DNA of 64,000 nucleotides from a virus, in the IMG/VR virus record IMGVR_UViG_3300005518_000003, positions 14,564 to 78,563 of that record; one strand, 5' to 3'. The notes under the pieces were generated by a model that was not told where the DNA came from, did no database searches, and saw only the letters and a list, made by a program, of their open reading frames with translations. Position numbers and translations under genes: made by a program. The first letter of the stretch is position 1; each line of letters opens with the position of its first letter. This document shows, one piece after another, positions 39,691 through 49,681 of this stretch.

Positions 39691-42165
39691 GTGATGGGCC
39701 GGTTGCGCACCAAACTGCGCCAACCGATGACGAACAGGCAGTTCATCGTAACGATGGTCGTGTTCGTGGTCTTCTTCGTCGGGATGGAGATCAAAATAGC
39801 GCTCATTCAGCGCGATACCATGCGGCACCTCGACAACATCAACGCGTCGCTCGACGAGATGGACAAATCTTTCGTCGCCATCAACGCTTCGCTCGATCAC
39901 ATGCTTGACGGAGGAGGTGATCCGTGACCGGTCTCCGAACTTCGCTCAGCGTAGACGGCAAGACGATCGTATTTCTCTGTCACAAATGTGGTCGCGAGCA
40001 GGCGTACGCGTCGGAGGAGAATCCCGGCGGCGTCACGCATCAGGAAGCTAAAAACTTCGGCTGGAAGGTCACAACGAGACACTGGCCGAGAACGGTCGAA
40101 ACGCAACTCTGTCCCTTCTGCGAGCCATGAGCATGGGTTTTTCGCGCGAGGACCAACGGCGCGTGTTTGTCCTTTGCAAGGACCGCAGCATCACGGTTGT
40201 ATGGAATTATTCACCGAAGAGCTTCATCTATCACGCAACTGCGAACGGTTTGAAAGCCGTGTGTGGAGCGCAAACCGTACTTCAGGAAGAGGAGCCCGGC
40301 ATCGGTGCGTTTGATCGATCCAAAAACGTCATGACGTGCCAAAAATGCGCAGGTCTGGTCGCGCGAACGATGCGTGTGAGAGAGCCGGCCTGATGAAGGA
40401 GCGCGAGACCGTCGATCGACTGATCGCGCTCGCGCTCGATCGGGGAGCATCCGAAAACGAATCCCGGAATGCCGCGCTTCTCGCGGTCAAGCTCATCGAC
40501 GAGCACGACATGCTTGGCGCTCATCTCTTCGAGGAGAAAACGAAAAGGAAGCGTCCATCGATCTCGATCATGATCGAATTCAAGTCGGTGTTGGAAAAGA
40601 TTCAGTCCGCCGACTTCGAGGGTGCGATTCGCGAGATCGAAGTGATCAAGCGTCGCGCCGAACGGCTATCGCACGAGCGCATTCGAAACATGCGCGACGA
40701 CATGGAGGCGAAACCGACGTGGACCGAGCAGACTACCCACCATGCCCGGCATGCGTCGCAAATCCACGAGTGTGCGCACTGCCACGAGACCATCATGCTC
40801 TGGTCGTGGATGGTGAATCCGCACCGCGGATCGATCGCGATGCACCTCCGGTGCTTTAGAGAAGGTGGCCATGGAAAACGTTGATCCGAATTTGCTCGAG
40901 ATCGCCGAGTACCTCCGCGAATCGGCCAAGATGTGGAAGTACGTCGGGCCTCGCCCATACGAGGGATGGGAGATCCTGGTGTACGCACCGAACTTCCCGA
41001 GGCCTCAAGGAGTTCCAGAGGAATGGCGACTCTCGGCACGCCGAAGTAATCGCAGGACACCTACAGACAATGATCTCCGATGGCTGACGAAGCTCGCGAA
41101 GGCCGTGAGCGAAGACAAGGCGGAAGGACCGTTCGAGGCGACCGGAAAAGTCGAACACAACTTGAACGGATTTCGCGACAACATCACGTTCACGCACTAT
41201 TTCACGTGGTCGGTGAAGAGAGAAGACAATGATTGGGATGGATTCGAAAATGACGACGGAGATTCGGAGGACGAAGATGCAACTCGAGGATGAGACGAAG
41301 GCGTTGATCAATCGATCGAACCAGCTCCATGCGGCGCTCATGGAACAGAAGAAAATTCAGGCCGCGTTCTGGGATCGCTTCCACGGCGCTTCGAAGAAGC
41401 TCCATGAGGTAAGCGATGCATTCGCAGCATCACTTATCTCCAAGGAGGAGTGGGCGGCCTTCTACGTCGAGTGGCAAAAGATTCGCGAAGAGGATCCGCC
41501 GAAACCGCCGGACGCGACGGATTGGACGATCGCAAAAGAGGAAGCGATGATGGCTGTCGCTCAAGACGCCGGTCTTCGTCTACGCATCGACGGACTATGA
41601 AGAACCAACGCATATTCCTCAAGCTCTGCGAGCCGTGCAGAAAAAAGTCTTGCACTCCAGGCGCGAAATCTCCGCACACCGTACTGCGTATCCAAACGTC
41701 TTCCGAGAATGCCGGTCCCCTTCTTCCATGGCCGATGGAAGAGGATTGGGTCGATCTCTGCAACGAATGCAAAGCGAAGATCATGCAGGCCGTGCGGCTC
41801 TTGATCTCGGACAACCTTCAGCCTGCGGCCGTCGTCGTCGAGATGACGGAGATACCGATCCGAAAGGAACTTGATCGAACGTGCCGTACCGACCTGCTCC
41901 TTCTTATCGAGGAGCTACGAGGGTCGTGATCCACATCATCCTACGCATCTATCTCCTTCTTTTTCCGCGGTGCGAGATGATGGTGAGCTTTCTTACCGAC
42001 TTTTCGCACTGCAACGACTCGTCGGCGTGGGCGACGCATTGCTACGCGAAGAGTGATTGGGACTACGGCGGGGCAATGCCAGCGGAGCCACTGACACGTC
42101 GCTACGATCCCGAGGCGTTCATCATCCAACTGCCGTTCGTTCGCAGCGTGAGCTGCTGGCGTTAG
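39691..42165 (+). other. Run of small hypothetical ORFs, including a second DUF2786-like protein (40393-40884)
   Basis: Overlapping co-oriented ORFs; VDRLIALALDRGASENESRNAA in 40393-40884. Confidence 0.55.
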
Positions 42166-42169
42166 GCGA

Positions 42170-42502
42170 TCACCGAAGTCTCTTCGCGAGTTGCCAGCCG
42201 AGCAAACCGCCGCCAATAATTCCGGCGCCGGCAGCGATGAGGCTGTACTTCACAACGGCGGAACGCGCAGCCTGCGCGCCCGTTTCTCCGGCCATGGCAG
42301 CTTGTTGATGGACGTAGTCTTTCGAGCTGTTGATGACGCTCTGAGCGAGGCTATCGAGCTGCGGTTTCACCTGGGCGATGATCTGGGCTCGGATGTTCGC
42401 TTCGAGTCTAGCAATCTCGCTATCGACGGTCTTGCGAACGTCGAGCAGATCTCCGGGTGAGAGCCCGAGACCGATGCGCGCGGCGAGCTCGGCGTCGTTC
42501 AT
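42170..42502 (-). CDS. Small C-terminally anchored membrane protein
   Basis: RIGLGLS near the N-terminus, helical body, C-terminal TM plus basic tail. Confidence 0.65.
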   Translation of the reverse strand: MNDAELAARIGLGLSPGDLLDVRKTVDSEIARLEANIRAQIIAQVKPQLDSLAQSVINSSKDYVHQQAAMAGETGAQAARSAVVKYSLIAAGAGIIGGGLLGWQLAKRLR

Positions 42503-42713
42503 CGAATCCCTGCTGCTCGCTGAAGCTCTGGAATTTGATCCGTAGGGATAAGGAATCCGCCCTGGGCTGCCGTAGCCCAACCAGCCTTCCAGAGGGATTC
42601 ATAGATGCTCCAACCTTCGTCGCTCGGGACGAGAATGCGACCACGAGCGAGAAGAAGCTTCACGAGTGCGCGAAGTTGCGGAGGTCGGAGCTGTTCGAGA
42701 GATTTTTTCTTTT

Positions 42714-43514
42714 TCATCCGAACCTCACGACGGCTTTGATCGGCGTACCCTGAAATTGAATCGTGCGCATGCGCCCGCCGGGCGGAAGCTGGCGCAAACG
42801 GATGTACTGGTCAGTGACGTCGACCTTTCCGCTTTTGAAACCGTGCTTCTTCGCCCATGTTTGCGCAGTCTCCGGTGTGAAACTCGAACGCGGAAAGAGG
42901 AGCGTCTGCACGCGACCGCCGCCGGCTCCAGGAGCTTTCGATGCTGGACGTTTTCCAGGAAGACGCTTGACCGGATTTTCTTCAGCGGCTGCAAGACGTC
43001 CAACGACAGGGATTTGCCGAAAGAGATCAGGGCGGAAGTAGTAGACCGCCCCGCCCGTGGCGGCAGCGATGAGTGCGACCGTGACGACTGGATGCTCTTT
43101 CACCCAAGCAGCAGCTCCTCCCGAACCGATCGCACCCTCGTACTCATTTTGGTATTGGAGAACTTTTTGGACGTAGTTTTGCGTTTCCGCGTACGGAGGA
43201 ATGCCTCCAGCTTGAGCGACCGCACCTGGACCTGCGTTGTACGCAGCCACCGCCAAAGGTGTGGAGCCAAACCTCTGCAAGTTCTGTTTCATGAGGCGCG
43301 CAGCGCCGTCGATCGCTTGCGCCGGATCCATGGGGTTCACCCCGAGGTTTGCTGCCACTTCAGGCATGATTTGCATGAGACCCCGTGCGCCCGCTGGGCT
43401 CATCGCGTTCGGATTGAATCCGGATTCCGCCCTCGCCATCGCAGCGAGCAAGGCAGGGTCGACGTGGTATTTCTTACCGGCGGCGACGAAGAGCGAAGCG
43501 TACGGAATGCTCAT
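42714..43514 (-). CDS. Soluble lytic transglycosylase domain + TM + ENP + small basic domain
   Basis: AESGFNPNAMSPAGARGLMQIMP, AYNAGPG, ETQNYV; ATGA overlap fixes the start at 43514. Confidence 0.92.
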   Translation of the reverse strand: MSIPYASLFVAAGKKYHVDPALLAAMARAESGFNPNAMSPAGARGLMQIMPEVAANLGVNPMDPAQAIDGAARLMKQNLQRFGSTPLAVAAYNAGPGAVAQAGGIPPYAETQNYVQKVLQYQNEYEGAIGSGGAAAWVKEHPVVTVALIAAATGGAVYYFRPDLFRQIPVVGRLAAAEENPVKRLPGKRPASKAPGAGGGRVQTLLFPRSSFTPETAQTWAKKHGFKSGKVDVTDQYIRLRQLPPGGRMRTIQFQGTPIKAVVRFG

Positions 43515-44155
43515 CGGCGGAAGTATCCTTTGCGCCAGAGGACCGCAGCGGTCGCGATCGCTCCGACAGCGCCAACTGCAACGAATATCTTCGTCGTGCT
43601 GCTCCATTGGCTGCTAATGGCTTTCGCAACAGCGCTTGCCCACGTTTGAGCTCCAGCACCGTAGAGATGTACGCCATCGCCTTGGCCGGCGTTCACCGCT
43701 GCTTGCGTCGCCGGCCTGGAATCGAAGACGGCAGAACCGGCTGCCTTGTAGAACGCCGCGACGGCAGCATTCGTGTAGTACGGCACGTTCCCACGCGTCG
43801 CGGGCGGACCAATCCAGAACGTTTGCTTCGCGTTGTAGCTCGCGATCGCCTTTTTGATGTCGGCGACGGCTTGCGTGACGGAGCGACCGCCCGCGGCGGC
43901 ATTCGCTGCATCGTTCGTCCCGAGCGAGACGATAAGCAGATCAGGTGAGTGCGGGAGCTTCGACTGGTCGACGCACCACGAGTTGTCAGGTCGACAAACG
44001 GTCTGTCTCGTGGCCCACATCAGGCCGTTCGAGGATCCAACGCCCGCGACGGTGACGATGTAACCCTGCGCCTGGAGAAGCTTCGCGAGATCCGGCCCGA
44101 ATGCACCCACCGGCTCGACATGGCTGTCGCCAATAATGAGCGCGGTTTTCGCCAT
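43511..44155 (-). CDS. SGNH/GDSL hydrolase with C-terminal membrane anchor
   Basis: GDSH, GVGSS, LGTND, DGVH blocks; C-terminal TM. Confidence 0.88.
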   Translation of the reverse strand: MAKTALIIGDSHVEPVGAFGPDLAKLLQAQGYIVTVAGVGSSNGLMWATRQTVCRPDNSWCVDQSKLPHSPDLLIVSLGTNDAANAAAGGRSVTQAVADIKKAIASYNAKQTFWIGPPATRGNVPYYTNAAVAAFYKAAGSAVFDSRPATQAAVNAGQGDGVHLYGAGAQTWASAVAKAISSQWSSTTKIFVAVGAVGAIATAAVLWRKGYFRR

Positions 44156-44180
44156 GGGGAGAGCTTACCTTTCCCGACCG

Positions 44181-44774
44181 TCAGGCCGCAACCATAGGTA
44201 CAGTCCGCCCCTGATAGTCCGCGTAAACGAAGTCGATGTCGACCTCGACGCCCGCACGTTCGACCTCGCACACGCATTGGTACATGCACCATCCGCACTT
44301 CGGTGCGGCTTCGGCACCGTTTCGATCGAGAACGCGCGAGCACGAGTGCCAGTATCGAACGACCGCAAGCTTGTAGAGCTCGAGACTCGTAAGAAGCGCG
44401 CCTGCGCCAACATAGAGACCTGGGATGTAGCCCGCGGCTTTGAGCGCGTTCGCCCACGTGTTGATCCGATTTTGTAGCGTGACGACGTCGTCGGTAACGC
44501 CTTCGACGTCGAGCCACACCACGGTGCCTTTTGGAATACCGAGACGCTGGAGCGCAGCGATCTCGTCAGACGGATCGAAGCTGTTCGCGTAGGAGATGAG
44601 CGTGACCGCGAGTCCTGCGCGAAGGATGTCCGAAAGTTCGGCTGCCGATAGAGATACGACGTATCGACCGACGAATCGAAAACCCGCGTCGAAGAGCTTG
44701 AGGCTGTCCATGTATGTGAGTTTGACAACGGTATCCGCACCTTTGGATCCGGCTTCAAGCGTGACGACGTTCAT
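44181..44774 (-). CDS. DUF1906 / GH25-like glycoside hydrolase (candidate endolysin)
   Basis: GAD, GFRFVGRY, VWLDVEG, GYIPGLY, DID. Confidence 0.75.
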   Translation of the reverse strand: MNVVTLEAGSKGADTVVKLTYMDSLKLFDAGFRFVGRYVVSLSAAELSDILRAGLAVTLISYANSFDPSDEIAALQRLGIPKGTVVWLDVEGVTDDVVTLQNRINTWANALKAAGYIPGLYVGAGALLTSLELYKLAVVRYWHSCSRVLDRNGAEAAPKCGWCMYQCVCEVERAGVEVDIDFVYADYQGRTVPMVAA

Positions 44775-45669
44775 CGGCTTGCTCCTGTTCGTTCTCCGTT
44801 TCCCACGGGTAGCTGCACGAAACATAAAGCGACTCGCAGGGAAATTCTTCGGTGAGGGGGACAATGATCTCCTGGTCGCGCATCAGTCGAGCGAGTTGGG
44901 CGCTGGAGACTTTCATCTCTCCGAGCGACTCTTTGAGCTGCTCTTTCGTAATGCGAAGCTTGCGCTCTTTTTCTCCACGAGTCGTAGGTGTCCAGCTCGT
45001 GAAGGCTGCATCGGAAAGATTGACGCGAACGACCGCCTCTTCAAGCCCAAGCCACGCGAGAAGCGCGCTGAAAGATTCGCCGTCCCAGTCTTCGAACGCG
45101 CGCGGGAAGACCGTGCCGTAACCACCACCATCTTGCTCAGGACCGCTTCCTTCGGTCGAGATTTGCTCCCAATACGCATTCGCAAAGATCCGTTCGGGCA
45201 TCTTCTCGAAGAGCGCTTCCACTGTTTCGCGAAGCTCTGGGTCGGCGCGGCCGGCAAGTTCGTCTCGCGTATCACGAAGGCCGTAGTCGTTCCAATTCTC
45301 GTCCTGGATTTCTTGGGTGAGATCACTCTCGTCGCTTTCACTTAGAATTGGATACTCTTCGAGTGCGTCGATCGCTTCTTTCTGATCGGTCGGCGCAATG
45401 TCGATGCGAACGAAGATGCCGCTGCTTCCGAGATCCCACCACGTTTTTCCTTCGGTCTCCGCGAAGTCGTCTTTCCACACGCGATAGTTCGATTCATTCG
45501 TCGGCCCACCCGAGTCATACGAGCGCGAGTGGTACGTGTACGGCACCATCGTGAAGGCCTTCGGCCATCGCTTGATCATGTACTCTGCGTCGCTGTAGTC
45601 CGGTTCGTGATCGCGAAGGTACGCGAGCGGTTTGTTTCGAAACTCGCCGTACTCGAGGTCATAGCTCAT
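44755..45669 (-). CDS. Acidic hypothetical protein
   Basis: 304 aa co-oriented ORF. Confidence 0.6.
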   Translation of the reverse strand: MSYDLEYGEFRNKPLAYLRDHEPDYSDAEYMIKRWPKAFTMVPYTYHSRSYDSGGPTNESNYRVWKDDFAETEGKTWWDLGSSGIFVRIDIAPTDQKEAIDALEEYPILSESDESDLTQEIQDENWNDYGLRDTRDELAGRADPELRETVEALFEKMPERIFANAYWEQISTEGSGPEQDGGGYGTVFPRAFEDWDGESFSALLAWLGLEEAVVRVNLSDAAFTSWTPTTRGEKERKLRITKEQLKESLGEMKVSSAQLARLMRDQEIIVPLTEEFPCESLYVSCSYPWETENEQEQADERRHA

Positions 45670-45871
45670 AGCCGGATCCCCAAGATGCGTAGTGCGATAC
45701 TGGCGTCTGCGCGATGGCGAAGCTCCGAAGCAATTTTGGAAAGCCGCTGGTGTTCACGAATTTCTTCTTCGGCCGGAAGTGCCGGACGTCCGTTGACGAT
45801 TCGATTCACGATCGCATCCTGCGCCTCGAGATCAAAGAGGCGAGAGAGCTCCTGAAGCATCGCCGGTTTCA

Positions 45872-46102
45872 TCATCGCCGGACGACGACCATTCCGAGAC
45901 CGATGAGATCGTAGATGCCGCCAACCACCTTAGTCAGAGCTTTGCCTTTGACAATCGCGTACGTTCCCGATCCGAGAAGAAGAGCGCCGCCAAGTTGCGG
46001 AGCTCCCAGCACGGCGGAAGCGATACCAACGAGACCACCGATCGTGAGGACGGAATCGACGTTCTCGGGCGGATTCCGTTTTGCTTTTCTTCGACGTCGC
46101 AT
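45872..46102 (-). CDS. Small multi-TM protein with KRNP leader
   Basis: MRRRRKAKRNPP followed by hydrophobic helices. Confidence 0.65.
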   Translation of the reverse strand: MRRRRKAKRNPPENVDSVLTIGGLVGIASAVLGAPQLGGALLLGSGTYAIVKGKALTKVVGGIYDLIGLGMVVVRR

Positions 46103-46645
46103 CAGTCCTCCTCGCGTTTGATCGGTGGTCTAAACGGTGCGGGATCCGTATCTGGGGCAGGTTCGAGCGGTGGAGGTCTTTCGAGAGCTTGCCTCGATTC
46201 GGGTGAAGTTGGAACATCATCCTCATCGTCCTCGGGAAGCCCATGCTGCTTGCGCCATTCTTTGTAGCGATCGGGCTTGACGTACCGAAGATGGCGCTTT
46301 TCTTCGTTGTCCCAGCACCACGCACAAGGCCCTTCGATCTCCGTCGATGGGCGCTTTTGCGAGTTACACTGCGGACAGTGAAGCCACCCGAAGGCTTGGA
46401 GCACACCGCTCGGTTTTGCCCACGGACGCTTCTCGCTCATTGCTCCCGTATCATAGCCGGATGAGCCCGCATCGTCGTCGCTGTCTCACGAAAGCGATCT
46501 TGGAACTGAAAGGTGCGCTCGCTGGAGTCACCGCGGAAAAACTCCTCAAGATGAGCGATAGGGAGCTCACCACGGTCTACGAAGAAATCGAGAAGTCGCT
46601 GGCGGCGGCAAACGCCACCGAACCGATGCCTCCGCCAAGAGAAGG

Positions 46646-47089
46646 CTAGATGGGTGCGATTCGGCGAATGGAAACCACCTGGAGGTCGATGGGGTTTCCT
46701 GCAATCGGGTTTGTGACGCTGAAATCGACGTTGGTCCCATTGATCGCGGGAGCATTGACGGTCGGAGGATTCGCAAGTCCAGGCTGAATGACTTGGAATT
46801 CATTCTGCGTCGCGATGAACGGGGTATTGAGATTCACCTCCGAACGAAGCGTGGTGTACATGTTTCGTTCGAGAGTGTGATCGCGGAACATGAACGTCGT
46901 TTCGAGGAGGACCGGGTTCGTTGTCACCGGCACCGACAACACGATGACGGGCGCGCCGCTGTCGGGCACCGTCAGTACCGCAGAGAAAGGCGTACCGAAA
47001 GAGAGAAGCTGCGTAAGCGCTGACGATGCGGATGTGAGGGCGCGCCTAATCAGCTTTTCAAGCCGTTCGACACGACCGAGGAGTTTCAT
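46646..47089 (-). CDS. Spike/fibre-like paralogue 3
   Basis: N-terminal RVERLEKLIRRALTSAS, beta-rich body. Confidence 0.6.
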   Translation of the reverse strand: MKLLGRVERLEKLIRRALTSASSALTQLLSFGTPFSAVLTVPDSGAPVIVLSVPVTTNPVLLETTFMFRDHTLERNMYTTLRSEVNLNTPFIATQNEFQVIQPGLANPPTVNAPAINGTNVDFSVTNPIAGNPIDLQVVSIRRIAPI

Positions 47090-47379
47090 TGCGGCGGCTC
47101 GGAATCGAGCGTCCCGAGCGTTTCGGGAATCGTCTCGTGGAGAACCTCATCGACAGCTTCGGGATCGACGACGGCTGGAGGATCGGTATCTGCGGACAAT
47201 CCGATCCCGATGGCGTCCGCCCAATCGTCCGCGTTGCGATGGTCTTCGTCGAAGTGACCTCGGTTCACGTTGTTCGGGTCGGTGACGTCTTCCACACCGC
47301 GACCGATGCGAAAGATTTTACCGTCGCGCGTGACCTCTCCACCGCGCTTGAGAATTTCGAGAGCTTCTTCGAACGTCAT
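47086..47379 (-). CDS. DUF2829/Tad2-like small protein
   Basis: MTFEEALEILKRGGEVTR...ADDW pattern. Confidence 0.45.
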   Translation of the reverse strand: MTFEEALEILKRGGEVTRDGKIFRIGRGVEDVTDPNNVNRGHFDEDHRNADDWADAIGIGLSADTDPPAVVDPEAVDEVLHETIPETLGTLDSEPPQ

Positions 47380-47392
47380 GTTGATCCTCTTT

Positions 47393-47923
47393 TCAGACTT
47401 GATATGCGCGGATGCCGTAGACGTTGACCCCGCTCGTCCCGTCTCCGGTATACGAGAGCCCGTCGTCGACGTCGGAGAGACCGAGGGATGCATCCGTGAT
47501 CTCCGCGTCGTGGCCACGCACGATCAGGGTGAGATGATACCAACCGGATTCCGAAGCCGAGATCTGAAGCTCCACCTTGCCATTCGGCGAGTATTGAGTC
47601 CCGCGCGTACCGTCCACGGGTTTGAAGAACGCGTACCAATCTTGCTCGTCTTCCCCTGCCTCCAAAAAGAGAAGCGACATCCAGAACCACCGGCTGCCCG
47701 AATTGTTCTTGACCCAACACTCGAGCCGGACCTCTTCTCCCGCTGGCGTGGTTGGGTAGACGTCGGATGTCACTTCGTGCGCCGACGCAGAGGAGTCTTC
47801 CTTCACGAAGACGGCCGTCGATCCACCATCGGGATCAGATTGCCCGCCTGTCGTCGTTGTATGGACGAGATACCAGAGATCTCCAGCAGCATTTTCGATC
47901 TTCGAGGGAACGATCGTCTTCAT
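47393..47923 (-). CDS. Carbohydrate-binding-like head-spike domain protein
   Basis: ECWVK, SGWYHL, SYTGDGTSG pattern of phage fibre modules. Confidence 0.55.
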   Translation of the reverse strand: MKTIVPSKIENAAGDLWYLVHTTTTGGQSDPDGGSTAVFVKEDSSASAHEVTSDVYPTTPAGEEVRLECWVKNNSGSRWFWMSLLFLEAGEDEQDWYAFFKPVDGTRGTQYSPNGKVELQISASESGWYHLTLIVRGHDAEITDASLGLSDVDDGLSYTGDGTSGVNVYGIRAYQV

Positions 47924-47940
47924 GGCAATTCAGCTCCTCG

Positions 47941-48984
47941 TTATGTGGTCGCGACTTCCCAGTCGATGGTTGAGGTGTCCGCGCCGTTGACCGCTCCGCC
48001 GCCCGCCGCGACGAGCGCCGAGATCTGGAACGAGCCTGGATTTCCGTTGACGCGATCCGCAGCAAGCGCCGCGTACTTTATGGTGAGGGCATCACCAACA
48101 GGTGTCTTGAGAGACACGAGAATGCGGCTGTTTGCGTTGAGAAACGCGGGGATAGCCGCCGTCTTTCCCGTTCCAGCCACGATTGCGGTCGAGCCGCGAG
48201 CGACCATCCCGAGAGGAATGACCGCTGCGGCAGCAACCTGCGTGTTGTACGGAAGGAGTCCGGGGAATGCCGTCGATGAGACGAAGACGTTTCCCGTGAC
48301 GCCGACGCCAACGGAAAGCATGTTCGCGTCGAGAACGGCGGTGTCTTCGATGAAGATCTGAAGCACTCCGCCGACCGATGCGCGAACGGCGATCGAGCCG
48401 CCGTCGAGCGTGGAAATGAACGCTCCGTCCTGCATGTAGAGATTGAGTGATCCCGCCGTCATAGCGAGAAACGAAACGCCGGCACCCGAAAGAACGCTCT
48501 GGTAGATCGCCGAGAATCCGCCCATGTAGTAATCGACCTGGTTTGCGGCGGTCACGGAGATGACATTCGATGTCGATCGGTTGTCGATCTGAACGTCGAA
48601 TTGCCCGGAGAGCCCATGGATAGTCACGGCGGCATTCGCGATCGTGATGAACGGCGCCGAGTTGGTCTTGCTCGCGTTGACCAAGTAAACGGGGCCAGAA
48701 ATGCCAGGCGGTCGAAGATCCCATGCACCAGCAGGGATAACGGCGGCGGCGAGATCAGTGTCGACACCGATCGTAACGTCGCCGTTCACTTTTGCGACGG
48801 CAGCAACGACCTCAGCCCAAGTTGCGTAGACGTTGTCCGCGCTGACGCCACCTGGACGCCAGATGACGCTCGTCGATTGAGCAAAGGAGGTTGCAGAAGC
48901 GACGGCGGCAGCGAAAGCTCGATTTTTTTTGAGCAGGCTTTCGATCCGATCAATGCGCGGTCGACCTGCGGGAATAAACGTCAT
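47941..48984 (-). CDS. Spike/fibre-like paralogue 2 (possible beta-helix)
   Basis: MTFIPAGRP leader; Ala/Gly/Val/Thr-rich. Confidence 0.6.
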   Translation of the reverse strand: MTFIPAGRPRIDRIESLLKKNRAFAAAVASATSFAQSTSVIWRPGGVSADNVYATWAEVVAAVAKVNGDVTIGVDTDLAAAVIPAGAWDLRPPGISGPVYLVNASKTNSAPFITIANAAVTIHGLSGQFDVQIDNRSTSNVISVTAANQVDYYMGGFSAIYQSVLSGAGVSFLAMTAGSLNLYMQDGAFISTLDGGSIAVRASVGGVLQIFIEDTAVLDANMLSVGVGVTGNVFVSSTAFPGLLPYNTQVAAAAVIPLGMVARGSTAIVAGTGKTAAIPAFLNANSRILVSLKTPVGDALTIKYAALAADRVNGNPGSFQISALVAAGGGAVNGADTSTIDWEVATT

Positions 48985-49028
48985 GGCGATCTCCCTAAAA
49001 CGCTAGAAGTTGACGGACCTCGACGCGG

Positions 49029-49541
49029 TTAGATCACTTCTTCGAGGAGAAGCGCTGCGCCATCGATGCCGGCGCCGGCCACACCGCCGAGCGTAACGGC
49101 ATCGTCCCCTGCGGTCGTCTGCCAGTGCACCGAGATCACCGTGCCGGCCGGAGCTCCTGAATCGAACTCGAACACGGTGCTCGCACCGTCGACGACTCCT
49201 GCGGTCGCAACCGGAGCCCACGAATACACCGTGGTGAAAGCACCCGCGCCGACCTTCACCTGAAGGAACGCGTTGACGCCGCCTGCACCGCCGCCTCCCA
49301 CGCCGGAGTAGCTCGCATTGATGAGGATTTTTCCGGTCGGCCCTTTCGTCGTGATCGATGCGTCCGGGGTGATTGTGGTGCCCGCAGCGACGACCACACC
49401 GGAGAGCGCGACTTGCTGTACGCGGTTTCCGAGGATCGCGAGCTGAGCGAGCGCAGCGCTTGCGCTGGCGAGGGCGCGCTTGATCAGTTTTTCGAGACGT
49501 TCGACGCGAGAGGTAGGACGACCTGCGGGAATGAATGTCAT
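49029..49541 (-). CDS. Spike/fibre-like paralogue 1
   Basis: MTFIPAGRPTSRVERLEKLIKRALASAS leader, beta-sandwich-like body. Confidence 0.6.
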   Translation of the reverse strand: MTFIPAGRPTSRVERLEKLIKRALASASAALAQLAILGNRVQQVALSGVVVAAGTTITPDASITTKGPTGKILINASYSGVGGGGAGGVNAFLQVKVGAGAFTTVYSWAPVATAGVVDGASTVFEFDSGAPAGTVISVHWQTTAGDDAVTLGGVAGAGIDGAALLLEEVI

Positions 49542-49681
49542 GACACGGACTCCTGTTCAACCTCCCGAAGGAGGAGTGTTCGTCGTCCGCACACGACGTG
49601 TTGGGTGAGCAAAGCTTCGCACGTTTGCTCCCGAATCGGCAAATCTTTGCTTCGCATCGCCTGGGCGACTAGGTTCGCTGG

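Noticed and set aside
46646-49541. Diversity-generating retroelement or invertible shufflon acting on the spike genes
   Set aside because: No reverse transcriptase, template/variable repeat pair or inverted crossover sites seen
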